Origin: the human T2T-CHM13v2.0 reference genome, Homo sapiens
DNA length: 64,000 bases
Assembly (NCBI RefSeq): GCF_009914755.1
Contig: NC_060927.1
Strand: one strand, 5' to 3'
Under the pieces are notes generated by a model. It had not been told where the DNA came from. It made no database searches and worked only from the letters and a program-made list of their open reading frames with translations. This document shows positions 29,305-46,747 of this stretch, in pieces (position 1 is the first letter of the stretch; every line of letters starts with the position of its first letter). The translations under genes and the position numbers were made by a program.

Positions 29305-31001
29305 CTGATAACAAAAAATAAACAGGCAGCAGAGCAGGAGAAAAAGAAAAGATTATGCAGGAATAAGATCAGTTAGAGTAAGCAGATCCTTCAGAGTCCG
29401 TGAACGCCGAAATGCAATGGCAGCCAGCCAAGGTCCTGGGGAGCCTGCCAAACAGCCGGCCTGTGGGGAGAGCCACCCTCAAGCCTGGAAGCTTCATGGG
29501 ACTTCTGGAAGCCACCCAGCCAGCCTTCCCATGTGGCTGCCTTAGCTGCCCTCCCAGACACCAGCTGACATGGGGGCCTCTTTCAGTCCTTGTGAAAGAG
29601 CAGCAACTGTGTGGACTGGACCCATTCCCATCCCTGTACCTAGCTTCTCTTCAACAAAAGGGACTGTTTATGCACCCATGGACAAAAGCTACCTACGACC
29701 CCATAAGTTATGCCCAGCTGCCCACAAAAAGGAGAGAAATACACCTTTATGTCCACTGGAACAATGTCTCTGGAATTCAGCTCAAGAAACATTCTTGGTG
29801 AAAAGTTCAGTTCTAACAAGATCATGTCTACAAGGTACCCTCTGGATAGATGCCCATAGGTTTCCACCTGATGCCAAATTCCAAACAGCTTCCCATGTTT
29901 CCCTGCCGTACACCCTAAGTTGCTTTTCTTGGGTATCCACTTGGCTTTGCTCTCCTTCCTCCCCTCTTGACCCTTACACTGGCACTAAGGAATACAAAAG
30001 CTGAGGAAGGCCTGGAGGAGAAAGGGAAGTTGAGTCAGAATGCCTTCATGAGCTTGGGGGCAGAACTGGGGCCTTTACTTTCACTAAAAGCCACTGATGA
30101 TGCCCATTTTCAGGGGAGCGCCATCGGCTCTTTCCACCTGTGCAGCAGGTCCATCTCTGGGGTGAGCACTTGTCCCATCCAGGCTCCTGGAGGATGTGTG
30201 CCTTCTAGCTAGAGTCATCTGTCCAGTTCTCAGCATCTCGACAGCTGGAATTGTCTGCTACCTGACATGCTGACTAAATCTACCAGAATCCCAGAACTGA
30301 GCAAACAGCCTGGTCGAACAGGCTGTATGAGCAATATGCTAACATTAATGCTAATAATCATAGGTAATACATAGTGCTTACTATGTGCCATCCAGTGCTC
30401 TAGAAACATAACATATAGTGGCTCATTTAATCTTCCTCACAAACTCATGAAGTAGGTAATTGTCATGCTTATTTTACAGAAACAAGAAGAGGATTCTCCC
30501 CTTGTCCCAGAGGTGAACCTCCTGGGCTTCAAAATTGGCTCTTATAAAAATGAGTTCTCCTTTTGCCTGAGAGGAGGAGGAAAAAACATCAAGGATTTTG
30601 AAAGGGGTTTGTTTATTCAGGTAGGGTCCAAGAAATGTATAAAACAAACTCCAGCAACATTTACTTATGATTATGAACCCAGGGGATGCTTCCTTGTCCC
30701 TCTAGACCATCATAATTGTGAAGTCCCAGTGATGTTATTTTATTAAAAAAACTTTTCACAGGTGTGGTTTTTCAAAGCTGGGGACTCTTAGTTCAATGTT
30801 CTTTCAGAAGGCATGTGAATTATAATAGAAAATTAAATTCCATTCTCAATAGTTGAAGGATTGAATACATTATACTGCCTTTTCATTCTCTGAAAGTTAA
30901 TAATCTTTCACAGTAAAACTGTGCTGTAAAACATTGACCACTTAGCTCATAGTAGGTGCACAGTATGAGTTTATTGAACTGTGCTGATGGTATGTGATGA
31001 G

Positions 31002-31840
<839 letters not shown>

Positions 31841-32124
31841 TATATAGGACCCTCTATTATGAAAATACTTAACTCAACAGAATATCTACTTGTCAAGTAC
31901 TGTCAGATAAGAGTTGATTCCTTCCAAGTATCCTGACTGATCACCCATTTCCAAAGACCTAAGCAAACTGAGGATGTCCCTGTCTCTGAGCCTTCATTCC
32001 TTCTGTTCTTCCTTTCAATAATTCCTTCTGTCCTTTCATTCTCCTCTGTATTCCCATCTTTCTCTCAAAGCCCCTCCAGAAGCCTACTGTGCTTGAGCTC
32101 ATAGCTCTTCTTGCTCTGAACTTC

Positions 32125-32288
32125 TTTTTTTTTGTTGTTTATTTTTGAGACAGGATCTTGCTCTGTCACCGAGGCTGGAGTGGCATGACTGTAGATCACT
32201 GCAGCCTTGATCTACCAGGCTCAAGCCATCCTCCCACCTCAGCCTCCCAAAGTTCTAGGATTACAAGTGTGAGCCACTGCGCCTATCC
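32125..32288 (-). mobile_element. Alu monomer (FRAM/FLAM-like)
   Basis: Single Alu arm with poly-T. Confidence 0.85.
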
Positions 32289-33823
32289 TAAACTTGTTTC
32301 TGTGGGGATAACTCACCAGGTGCTCATCCTAAATCACCTTCCACTTTCTGCCTTTTGTGTTTAAAATTGCCCAAGCTCCACTACTGACTCCTTGAGGGAA
32401 GGGAGAGTAACTAGCCCCTTCTTGGCCATGGACCATGGCTCTTTTATGGGCAAGGATGAAAGAAGAAAGTCTTGGAGGAGAGAGGAGGGAGGATGGAGAC
32501 AGAGGATTCCTTTGGTACAGCCCTGCCCTCCCATGACCCAGTAAACCACTCCCTCTGGGTCACCTCCTGATCTTCCTTCCTGATGCATCCATGGGCCCTT
32601 CCTTTTGGGAATCCTCTACGCTTTGGTCTTCTTAGGCATCCTACAGCAGCCCCTGACATCCTTCGACCCTGGGCAGTCCCAACTTGGGCCCTGGTCTTCC
32701 ACTTGCCCTTTTCCCCACTCTCCCTTCCCCAGAACTCAGCCCACAGGCAGAGACAGTCCTGGGACCCAGGCTGGTCCTGCTTACCCCCTCCCCTGCCTAA
32801 GGCCAAACTCATATATCCAGTCTTTTGCTGTCCTGCAAGTCTTGTGCTGGACCCTGTCTGAGGATCACAAGTAGACAGCTGGAGCACGAGCAGCCTCCAA
32901 AACCCCCAAATCATTGGCAAAGCCCAGGAGCCTTTGTTTTTTCTCCTGATTGATATCTATCATCTTCTCTGAAGAAAGTGTCTTCATTAGAAGGTAGTGG
33001 GCTCTCAAATCAGTTGCAGGGACTTCCCTGCTTCCTCTAAGTAATGTTAAGAGTGCTTCTCCCCTTCCTCAAGTATCTCCCCAGCTGCTGCTCTTCGCTT
33101 CTCCATCTTCTTAATTTCCCTTGAGCCATTATATCTGATATGGCTTAATCTCATACCCTTTACACCAAAGAGAAAAGAAAAGAGAAACTCGCCTAGCTAA
33201 ACTACTTCAATTTTTAGTTTAAGGTACAAAGGATTAACCTAGAATTCAAAAGGGACAACCTCAACTTTTCTCCCTTCTCCCAGACCACCTAACAGGAAGC
33301 AAAACTAGGTGGGAGGATTTTCTCTTATAAAAAATGTATGTGTTTCCTTTGCTGGTATATATGCAACTAAAAAAAAAATTCACGTGTATAAAAACACACT
33401 GATACCCACAGGGATTTCCTCTGTGTTGCTTTCAATCTAGCTCCTCTTGGGAGATGTAGGTGTGAAGTGAGGGAATGGGGTTTCTCTGACTGTCCCTCAG
33501 GTGTTAGGACTGCAGTTGCTGAAGCAATGAAGCGTGAATGAAGTGTGGCATTTCAGCCATACTTGGACTTCCCTGAGTTCTTTCATGATCTGAATCCCTA
33601 CCCCCAGGGCTGAGAATTGCGCAGGGCACTTAGGAGCAAATGGTTAGAAGCCACGGCAGCTCCCGTGAAAAGTCCTTGCTGAAGCTAAGAGCAGGCTGCA
33701 GTGAGGAACTAGCTCCACAGGGCCTGGCCAAGGACAGGGCTGTCTGCTGGCAGGGAGGCGGGCGGACAGAGGCTGCCATTACATTGGGTGCATTCGCGGA
33801 CTCCACGGCTCCCCAGCAAGTAC

Positions 33824-33926
33824 CTTAATGAATGCTTCCATACTGCCGTTAAAGAGTTTATGGCTATACACTGAGAGAGGCCTAGGTCTCCTCATTTTCT
33901 GTGGTTTAGGGGGAAGACAGGGGGGC
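33824..33926 (-). CDS. SRGAP3: SRGAP3 exon 12a, 103 nt, (R)PPCLPPKPQK...GSMEAFIK
   Basis: cccctag|G CCC acceptor, AAG|gtactt donor; phase 2-0. Confidence 0.95.
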
Positions 33927-34567
33927 CTAGGGGAAAACGGAACAAAAGAAATCAAGAAAGCAACCAACATAAACATACAACTGGGAAAGATGCTCTTAAA
34001 ACCCACGACTAAAGGGGAACACAAAATGTAAATGGAAGCCCCTGACCCCCCGCCAAGACATTGGTTTCCAATGTTCCATCTGAAGGCCTTTGGATGTTTT
34101 AGGGGACCTTAATTTACCCACAATGCCAAGCAGGAGCAACTCTTACATAACTCAAATGCATTCTAAATCTTAGGGGGAATATAGTACATGTGCAAGAAAC
34201 CACTGAAACTCCAATCAGAGGCTGTCATCCTGCAAAGCTGACCAGATGGAGGGGGAATCAGGGGAGAGAGATGTAATCTGTAGCCCGAGAAAGCAAGAGA
34301 CTTTCAAAAATGATTGTGAGGGTTAATTTTCATTATTTTGGTTTAAATTTATCACCAAGTCTCAACTCCCAATGTACCAGGGCACTGATCTTCCTAATGC
34401 CTCTTGGCATTTCAAATGCACTTGACTGATCTTTACTTCATTGATCTAAGAGCCAGGCAATTACTATTCTCATTTCAGAGATGAAGAAACTGATGCCATG
34501 AGGGAGGCTGCAACTTCTTTGGGGTCCCTGGGTGACCCCAGGATAATGGTAATATCCTGCTCTTTAG

Positions 34568-34895
<328 letters not shown>

Positions 34896-36675
34896 TCAAG
34901 TACATTTTCAATTAAAGCACTTTCAAATCCATTATTATACTTAATACCATCTCAACCCTGTGCATGTGGCCCCATTTTACAGAGGCAGAGACTGAAGCCT
35001 CCTGTGAAGGAGAACTGACAGAGCTGGAGCCCAAACCCAGGACTCTTTGGCTCCAAGTTCAGGGCTTTTCCTACCAGGCCACCATCATGGAGCCTTAGGG
35101 CACTTTTTTATTTCCAGCCAAGGACTCATCTACCCCAGTAACCTTTGCCATGGGATCAGGTTGAAAGTGTCTTGCTTTACTTTAGGATTTCCATTCCTAA
35201 AGTGTGCTCCACTCTTGGCCACAGGGAGGGGTAACCACACCACAGTTCACCAGAGAAACAGCCACAAACACTGGACCCGTTTCCAGAATTGCTCACCATG
35301 CATATACCTGTGTTGGCTTATTTGCTCATTTCACCACACAAGTTGGCCTGACTCAATGGTGCCAGCCTTCTGGGGCAAAGGCCTTTTGAAGGTTAAGAAG
35401 AGGGCCCCTAACCAAGAGAGGCAGTTCATTTTCAAATGGCTTGGTTCAAAATTTGGGTAGCAACAAGTGGGGACTCAGCCAGGCACAGATAATGTCCACA
35501 CATGACAAGCAAAGACCTGGTCCCCCAAGTCTTGATTGATTTCTGTGAGCGGGCAAGAAATCTTCCAGACTATGCAGCCAATCAGGATTAATGAGATTCA
35601 TGCTGCCTCTGCTGACTGGGCTTGTGGTACCTGTCTCCTTCGGTAAGCCAGCCATCCCCAGGGACCTCTAACCAACTTCTCCTAGGTGTTTGAGTATTGA
35701 GCAAATGCTGCTAGCTCCAGTACATGCATGGGCAAAAACCAGGTGAATCCAAATATCATGCCACCCAAACAATGGAAACAAAATAACAGCACAGATCAAA
35801 ATTTTGAAAAGAAACAACAGGCAAGATTCTTTCAAGCCCATCTTGGATCTATGTCAATTTGGTTAGCTAAGTCCATGTCATTTATTTTTCAAAAATTACT
35901 TATTTTTTTTTGAGGATGTATGTATGTGGGGTGGGATTTCTTACAAGAGCTGCTCTTAAATTTTCAAATACCAAAGGCAAAAGAGAGTGTCAAAAATGTG
36001 ACACAAGGCCAAAGGTTTTAAGTTTGGGGATTAGAAATAACTTGATGATAGCAACATTGTCACCCTGTTTTCATAGTGTTTGGCTTGTTTTTGAACATTC
36101 CCAGATCATTTCCTTATCACATTGCATGACAACCTCACAACAACCCTGTGAGGCTGGGAAAGAATATTCAATTCACTTTACATACAAGGCCAGTGAGCCC
36201 ACAAAAGATGAAGAAACTTGCCTAAGGTCACACAAATAAAATGTGATTGAGGCTGGTGGTAAAATTCAGCTCTTCCTACTCTCAAGGATCTAGTGTGAGT
36301 ATGAAAGTGATTTTATCATAGAACATCCAGAAGTAACATTAAATTATCTGTTAAATTCTCATGGCCAGGAAGAGCGGAGACTCTAAAAGCAGGTGTTGGA
36401 CACTCAATATCAAAAAACCTACGGTGCCCAACTGGAGGGTTTCCTTAAAAGAAAGTCCTAAGTGTTTTTTGTTTTTTCTTAAATTCTACAAAGTGGAAAA
36501 AAGGGGAAATAGCATATGTTTTCCCATTTTTCCTGCCCAATCCAGAAAGCAAAGGACTGTGTGAATCACACGAGGATTTCTTTCTTTGTGTGGTGCTCTG
36601 TGCACTGTCTGGAATCTCTGACAAGGAAACGTAGCTATCCCAACTTTGCACAATATCAAATCTATATCGACTTAC

Positions 36676-36762
36676 TGAAGTGCTGGGTGGGGCACAAAGT
36701 GGGGAGCAGGGGGGCAGCTCGGCCAAGGAAAGTGGGGCAGCCTAAGCCTTCCATCTCTTCTG
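36676..36762 (-). CDS. SRGAP3: Candidate in-frame 87-nt cassette exon, (S)RRDGRLRLPHFPWPSCPPAPHFVPHPAL(Q)
   Basis: Long AG-free pyrimidine tract, tandem GAG/CAG/CAG/AAG acceptors, TCA|gtaagt donor, symmetric phase 2-2, no stop; no transcript evidence available. Confidence 0.5.
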
Positions 36763-39235
36763 CTGCTCAGATGCAGAGCAAAAAGGAAAGAAAGAAAGAA
36801 AGAGAGGCAGGGAAAACAGGAACAGAGAAAGCCACAGAGAGGAAGAAAGAGAAACCAGAGACCAATGTCCCCTTTCTGCCTTTTAATCAAGATGAAAATT
36901 AACACACGTTGGCAACACAGGAAATAGCCTCAAAATTATCCTGCAACTAAAGGGATGTGATGAAAAATTCCCCTAGATAACCTAATAGACTTGGAGGTCA
37001 ACATCCCAAATGGTGGCAATGCTGTAGGGCAATGCCAGTCGGGCCCTTGGAGGCTATTCATGGGCTGTGTACTGTGTTGCATCTGCCTGAACAAGATCTC
37101 AAGTGATTTCACCTCTAATCCAGACCACGAGGGCATGTCAACCTGGGTAAGGGGAGCCAGACATTCATTTGAATCACAATAATCAAACCTTATATTTGCA
37201 TCTTGCTTTGACATTTGCAATACGCTTTTAAACTTAAGTGCATTATCACATCTGGCCATCCTGAATTACAGGGTTATTATGAATTTGGTCTATTCTAAGA
37301 TAAGGTTCTGAAGTGTGAGAAAAATATAACATGCTGCAGCCCATATGCAACACCAGTTCCTCTATACAAGGTCAACAGCAACTTAGCTGAGGGGATCCTG
37401 CTCAAATAACCATCCAGAAATGATATCCACCTCGTGTGGGAGTCCATGGAAGATACAGAGAGAGCCATAGGACAGAGACATTGTTAGCAACAATTTCCAC
37501 AAGTTAAATCATGATTTTGGAGGTAAGGGGAGACTTTTAGTTTACTAACAAAGTTGTCTTTGACCTTGACCAGGAACCAGAGTACACAGGGCTATGTCTG
37601 CAATTGAATGCAGGGTAGCTGCAGTTGAATGCAGGGTGTCTAAGTGGGAGGTCTGATAAACTCAGCTTGGATTTCCCAGGCCCTAGGTCAAGGAGGGTGT
37701 GGAAGACAACACTTCAGAGGGCTTTATTTAAAACACAAAACAAAACAAAACAAAACAAAACAAAACACACAAACCCTCAACTTTCCCCTGAGGGAAGACC
37801 CTGAGACCTGGCCAAGTGTTTGATTACAGATCTCCTCTCCCACACTCTGCTGGAACAAACTTCTCTGCGTGAGTTCTAGGAATTAGGAGGAAGTGAGGGA
37901 CAGCTCAATTCATCCCCCATCTGTTTCACTATTTGCAGAATTTGGTGTAAAATACAGCTTCTGTTGTTTTGAGACTATGACAACATTCTCTCGCCAGAAA
38001 AGAAAAAAAAATTATAATGGGTTCGTTTCTAAAAGGTTCTTCGAAAGTGACCCTGCACATCTGCCGCCCCGTGTGCTGGAAGGGCCTTGCCTGGTGTGAA
38101 TCATCCTGATGTTTCCAAATTGCCAGAGCCCAGAGGAACAGCTGTACGGGCTGAACTTCTGCCAAGCCCTCCGTCTCCCCATCCTGAGCCCAGGAAACTG
38201 AAAACCCCAGAGGTTGCCAAGACTTTGCCCAACTCCCTTCCCAAGGAGCAGGAGAGAGTTGGGAGTTCATCTTTGCTCTTGCCAAACATGAGGGCTTCCC
38301 AGGATTTGGGGCCACTGGAAAGCATTTGTGGGAAAAGAAAGAATGCCCTCAGGTCCCTGGGCCCAGAAAGTGAGGCAAAAAGTAGCGCTCTACTGCCGTG
38401 TGATGGAAAAGTGCAGGCCTCTGGGCCACTGGCTGAATTCCAGCTAGGCAGTGCAATATCTCTTAATAGGAACATAGAAATGAAATAGGCTCTAAGCAAA
38501 CAACCTGGCCAGTGACAGAGCCACTTATGGATCTAAGCTCTCTGAAAGGGAAGTAAAGTCAGCCCCTGGGCTATCAGCTGCTGAGTGGAAAGTGTTCACT
38601 GGCTCTGGTCTGCTCAGGAAAAAGCGCAAAAGGGAATGTTGAACAAGCTGAAGAGAAAGCAGAAGTTGCCCGTGTGTTACTTTCCGTCAGCTCATCCAAG
38701 TGCCCGTGAGGTCCAAGCTAGGGTGTGGACGGCAGGAGAGTCTGTGCACGCCTATGCACATGCGTGTGCCCAGCTGCGCGCAATCTGAGCCTGGCCCAAA
38801 GCCTTGGTACATGGGGACCTCAGGCTGGGCCTCGCAGCATGGCTGGGCAGTTTGCTCAGCATGGTGTAGCAGGTGGGAAGAGAGGTCAACAGCCACCCCA
38901 CAGCCTCTGGCCCCTACAGGCTGCCCTCAGCCACTCTGAGTAGACAATACTGTCTCACCCGATGGCCAGCGCAAAGGGAGGGTGCCCCACTGCCACACAG
39001 CAGCCCCAAAAGCGCCCCTTCCATCGCCAGCCTGGAGGGGCGTGGCTTTGTCAGTCTAATGCTAGAACAAGCAAAGCAGCAACTGTGCCTCACCTGGGCA
39101 CACCCACACCGGCCCTTGGGGACATTGGTGAAGAAGCCATCCCTGCTTCTCCAGCTCCTGGCAGTGCCTCCCCAGCCCCATCCCACTCCCACCTCGGGCA
39201 GCAGATGAAAGAAAACACAACTCTCCCACTCTCAC

Positions 39236-39263
39236 CTGGTGGTGCCGCATTCTGCTCTTTCCC
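39236..39263 (-). CDS. SRGAP3: SRGAP3 28-nt microexon (~11), (G)ERAECGTT(R)
   Basis: ctttgcag|GG GAA AGA GCA GAA TGC GGC ACC ACC AG|gtgag; phase 1-2 bridges the neighbouring exons. Confidence 0.95.
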
Positions 39264-39497
39264 CTGCAAAGAAAAGTATACATGAATGTTTAATTGCCTT
39301 TTCTTTTTAATCCAAAGAACATTCATCTTTTTCTAAAAACAAAATACAATGAGTCTTAATTATTTATGAAATATGAAATCTAATTATGCCTAAGGTGCGG
39401 TCTGTTGAAAAGAACTGCGTCTTATTAATTCTTCATTAAAAGCCTCCTGTTTGTAGGGCTGTGTTCACACACACATTATTGTTCACAGACATATTTT

Positions 39498-39690
39498 CAG
39501 TGATTCTCAAACTACAGCCCGCTGACCACTTGCATCAGAAACATCTGGGGGTCTTGTTAAAGATGCAGATTTCTTGGCTGTCTCATGGGTCTTCTGAATC
39601 AGAATCTCTGAGATAAAAACCCAGAAATCTGCATTTTAACTACCACCCCTGGTGATCACTTCTATGCCTCCCAAAGTTCAAAAACTCCTG
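39498..39690. mobile_element. MER5-family (hAT-Charlie) element
   Basis: cagtgattctcaaact...gaatcagaatctctg...aatctgcattttaac. Confidence 0.8.
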
Positions 39691-39989
39691 CAATGTTTAA
39701 TGGCAACAAAGATTGACCGAGCCCCTGTTGTATGCCTGGCACTGAAGGATACCAGCCGTAAGGCTGGTGCTCCTCCACCCTGCTGCCCTGCCTCTGCCTT
39801 CATTCCCAGCTGAAGATCTTCTCATTTTCTTTACTGGAAAAGAAAATCAAGTACTATGGGTTCTCCATGTGCATGCCTCCACGAGGCCCTCCCACCTACC
39901 TGCCAGACAAAGCCCAGACCTTCTCCTTATGCCCTGGTTCCATCCCCTCTGTCCTTCTGGGGGCCTTAGTTTCTGCAGGTATCTCCCCT

Positions 39990-42215
<2,226 letters not shown>

Positions 42216-42846
42216 GTGCTCTATCTGCAAGAAGCTTAGTACCAAATGAGTCAATAAGCAGATTACACGATAGTGTAATAAGTGCTGCAGCACAATTGTA
42301 CACAGGGTGTCATTCCTGTCACAACAGATGAGCAAATGGACTTGGAGATATGGAGTGACTTTCCCAAGTCCCTGCTAAGTGTAGAGTCTGGATTCCAATC
42401 CAGGTTGCCTAACTTCAAGTCTAAGTTTACCCAGGGAAGCTGGTTCCACCTCCACAAACACAAGGTGAGGGAGAACAGATGTCCCCAGCAGTATATGCCT
42501 CCGACCCAGGGACTCCCTGAAGGCAGCATTTGGCTTCTTATAATATCCCCTCTTCAGGGATGCCACACATTAGAGGACAGCTGCCTTGGCAAGGGTATGG
42601 CACTCAAAATGAAGAGATTAAATAATATCTTTTCCTTCTCCTACCAAAACTGTACTGAAAACAAAGAGGTCTGAGTCCTACTGTTTAACTCTTTTATCAA
42701 CTCACTGCGTGAGCTTGGACAAGCCACTTCCTTTCTTTGGGCCTCCATATCCTCAGTTTAAATTCTTCATTGCCTGTCTAGTACTTTGCAGATGCTGACA
42801 TCCCTAGATCTCACTCACCAACTACCAGCAGTACTGTCCCCAGTCA

Positions 42847-43535
<689 letters not shown>

Positions 43536-44335
43536 CTCTCAACTCTGGAATCCCACCTAGCACTAACATTAAAAGACTTTTAGAAGAAAGAATCGAGCAT
43601 TTTATTTACAGAAAAAAAAAAAAAAGGCAGAATAGGGCCAGGGAGGGAAATAAGGAGAGGAAGAGAGTAATCTGGGTCTGAAAATAGAACTTGGGGCAAA
43701 TCAACAGGCAACTCCTTAATTCCTGAGCAAAGCCACAAGCAGTTACATGGGTGGCTGCAGTTGGTGGAATTGGAACCAAAGACCAAAGCAGGAAAGGAGA
43801 AAAGTTCGGTAAAACAGGCAAATTTGTCCTGTTTGATTTGACTGTGTGTCTGGAGTCAAGGGCAAATTCCTACCAGACACCAGTTTGGATAAAATTTTCA
43901 GGTAGACACAAGCCCTCCTGTTAGAGCTGATGGCAGCCCATGAAAGTGGTCAGGCGATGGCCTGGGATTGTAGTGAACAAGGAGTGTTGATTTCCTGTTC
44001 CCCCTCCTCTGGGTTCCCAAACTGTCCACTCTTCTGTGTACTCAACAAGTTACAATACCCTTCTCTCAATTCTTCTGACTCACCACATCCTTTCCCGCAT
44101 TTGCAAATGTTGTCCCCTCTTCCCCAAAAACTCTTTCCCTGGTTTTTCACTTGGCTGATGTCTTCTCATCCTTTAGTTTCAGCTGAAACAGCAACTCCCC
44201 TAGGAAGCCTCTCTGATCACCCTATCTAAAGCAGGTCCCCCCCATCTCTCCCAAACACACACACCATTGTTCTCTATCTCAGCCCAAAGTTTTCATTCAT
44301 GGCACTTAACACAATTATAATTCCCACCCCCAGCT

Positions 44336-44489
44336 GTTTTTTAAGAGACAGAGACTTGCTCTGTCGCCCAGGCTGGAAAGCAGTGGCGTGATCTTGGCTC
44401 ACTGCAGCCTCCACTGCCTGGCCTCAAGTGATTCTCCTGCCTCAGCCTCCTGAGTAGCTGGGATTACAGGGCCACCACCACACCGGGCT
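44336..44489 (-). mobile_element. Alu monomer/partial Alu inside an L2 fragment
   Basis: Right-arm Alu sequence. Confidence 0.85.
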
Positions 44490-45387
44490 CAATTATCATT
44501 GTTTACTTAGTAGTTTGTTTACCGTTTGAGGTCTCTCTTTTCCATGAGGGCAGGGACCTTACCTTTCTCGTGTACCACTATCTCCCCAGGCCTGGCCAAA
44601 CAAAATGCCTGCGCTCTTGGATAGATGGGTGAACAGAAGGGGGCAGGTAGAAATCAAAGGTTTTAGGATGTGGAGTGGAATGTCAGAACACACTGAAGGA
44701 AAACTTTTCTCTGACGTGGAATCTAATATGCTGTCTTTCAGCTTCAGACTCACATTCCAGCTCTCAAGAATCCCACAACCAGCATCTTTAGAAACAGGGT
44801 GACTGTCTCACAAATATGGGAAATCAAAACTTGCCTATCCTTTACCTTCTGAGACCTGTTGGGATTTTAAAAATATATTTTATAGTTGGTGGTTCAGTAA
44901 TTTTCTAGAAAGTCAGATGGCCTGGTCCTGGTGGCCATTTTGCTCTGTGATGGGCAATTAAAGTTGGCATGAAAAGGTCATGCTCCTTCCCTTTTATAGG
45001 TGGCACACTGTTCATTCATGCTTGAGGGACTTTCAAAAATTCAAAAACCAACCGCATCTTGAGTGTAAACCCTGGAGCTTACAGAATACCCACACCCCAG
45101 AGCAATAAAAAGGTTATAAGTCTAAGACTCAGAGATGATGATAAACTGAGAATTCTCTGGCCAATAAAATGGCATAGCAACAGCCAAGGTATGTGCTCTT
45201 GCTCCCGAGAAGCGCCAGTGACATCCTTTGTAACAGGGAATGCCATTTGCCAAGCACCTGGAAGCTTTTTGACTTGCATGTCTGGGGTCAATCATGTTCT
45301 CAAATCCACTTTTAAGTAAAGCTGACCCAAAAGACCTTGGGTTTCATCTAACTTGTAGTTTCCTTGAGCCATCCTGTCAAAAGAGTA

Positions 45388-45783
45388 CAGCAGTCCACGC
45401 TTATCTGTGGGGAATATGTTCCAAGACCCCCAGTGGATGCCTGAAACTGTGGATAGTACCAAATCCTACATGTCCTCTGTTTTTTCAATCTGATAACCAA
45501 GGCAGCTACTAAGTGGCCAGTGGGCGGGTACCATATCCAGAGTGGATATGCAGGACAAAGGGAGGAATCACATCCTGGCAGAGATGGAGCCGCGATGGCG
45601 TAAGATTTTTGCTCAGCAAAGAAATTTGCTCAGCGTGCTCATCATGCTACTCAGAACAGCGAGAAATTTAAAACGTATGAATTGTTTATTTCGGGAATTT
45701 TCCATTTCATATTTTCAGGCCACAGATAACCACAAGAAACTGAAACCATGGAAAGCGAAACCACAAATAAAGAAGGGCTACTG
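45388..45783. mobile_element. MER44-like (Tigger7) DNA element
   Basis: TA|cagcagtcc...cttatc and ataag...gctactg|TA termini. Confidence 0.8.
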
Positions 45784-46675
45784 TACTTTACAGAAACTGA
45801 GGCACTAGACATGATACTACAAAATAGCCCTCATACGGCATAAAAAGGCCACTGACGCAGCTGTAACGCTACCCTACTCTTAGAAGAGAATCCTACTGAA
45901 TAGAAGAACCAAAACGCTCAGGAAAAGGTGAATCACCAGTTGACACTAAGAAGGATGAATTTGCTAAGATTCTGAGCTCTCTTTGGCCTGCTGAATTTTT
46001 TCCCTTCTTCCTTCACCCAATGGGCAATTTCCAATTGATCAATTTATCAATTAGGTCAGTGGAAATTCTCCCTTTTCACCCAGTGCCCTAAGAATCTACC
46101 TGTATCTTTATCGTGTAGTGGCTATATAAAAATGACTGGAGATTTGGTCTCAATTTATTCAGGGTCCATCTTTTTCAGTTATTCAGTAATTTGTTAACTT
46201 CAGTTAATAATAATGTACCATATTCATTAATGCTGACAAATATAGCATACTAATGTAAAATGTTAATAACAGGACAAACTAGATGTGGAGTATATGAAAA
46301 CTTTATACTATCTTCCCAACTTTTCTGTAGCTCTAAAACTGTTTTAAAAGAGAAAGTTTACTTTAAAAAAAAAAAAAAAAAACTTCTGTAGAACTGACCA
46401 GTCTATCAAGAACCATCCATTTGTCAAAGGAAGCGCAGTGAGCCTCTCCACGGCCAGCTTACTGAAACACAGGATTACGGAGACTCTTCCAGTTGGCTTT
46501 TTCTTAGCTGCCCCTCTACTTCTGAAAATGCATTTTCCGGGAGGTTTTTTTTTATTGCTAATCAGCTCAAAACTCAGAAGAGAGACTGGTAGAGCAATCT
46601 TAGAGCAAGGCGTAGTTGAAGGCTAAATAAACTTGGAGGACCAAATGGACCAGGAGTTATGCCAAAACTAAGTAT

Positions 46676-46743
46676 GGTGATAATGATGATGATGATGATG
46701 ATGATGATGATTGATGATGACCGTCATCATCAATCATCATCAT
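46676..46743. repeat. (GAT)n microsatellite followed by a short inverted (CAT)n run
   Basis: Directly visible. Confidence 0.9.
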
Positions 46744-46747
46744 TTGA

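Noticed and set aside
37380-37490. Second possible cryptic acceptor (gctaac branch-like site, pyrimidine tract, gag|)
   Set aside because: Weak GAG acceptor and no convincing GT donor (cagctaagt lacks GT)
37598-37770. 21-bp tandem duplication (ctgcarttgaatgcagggt) and (CAAAA)n run
   Set aside because: Ordinary slippage products with no further structure
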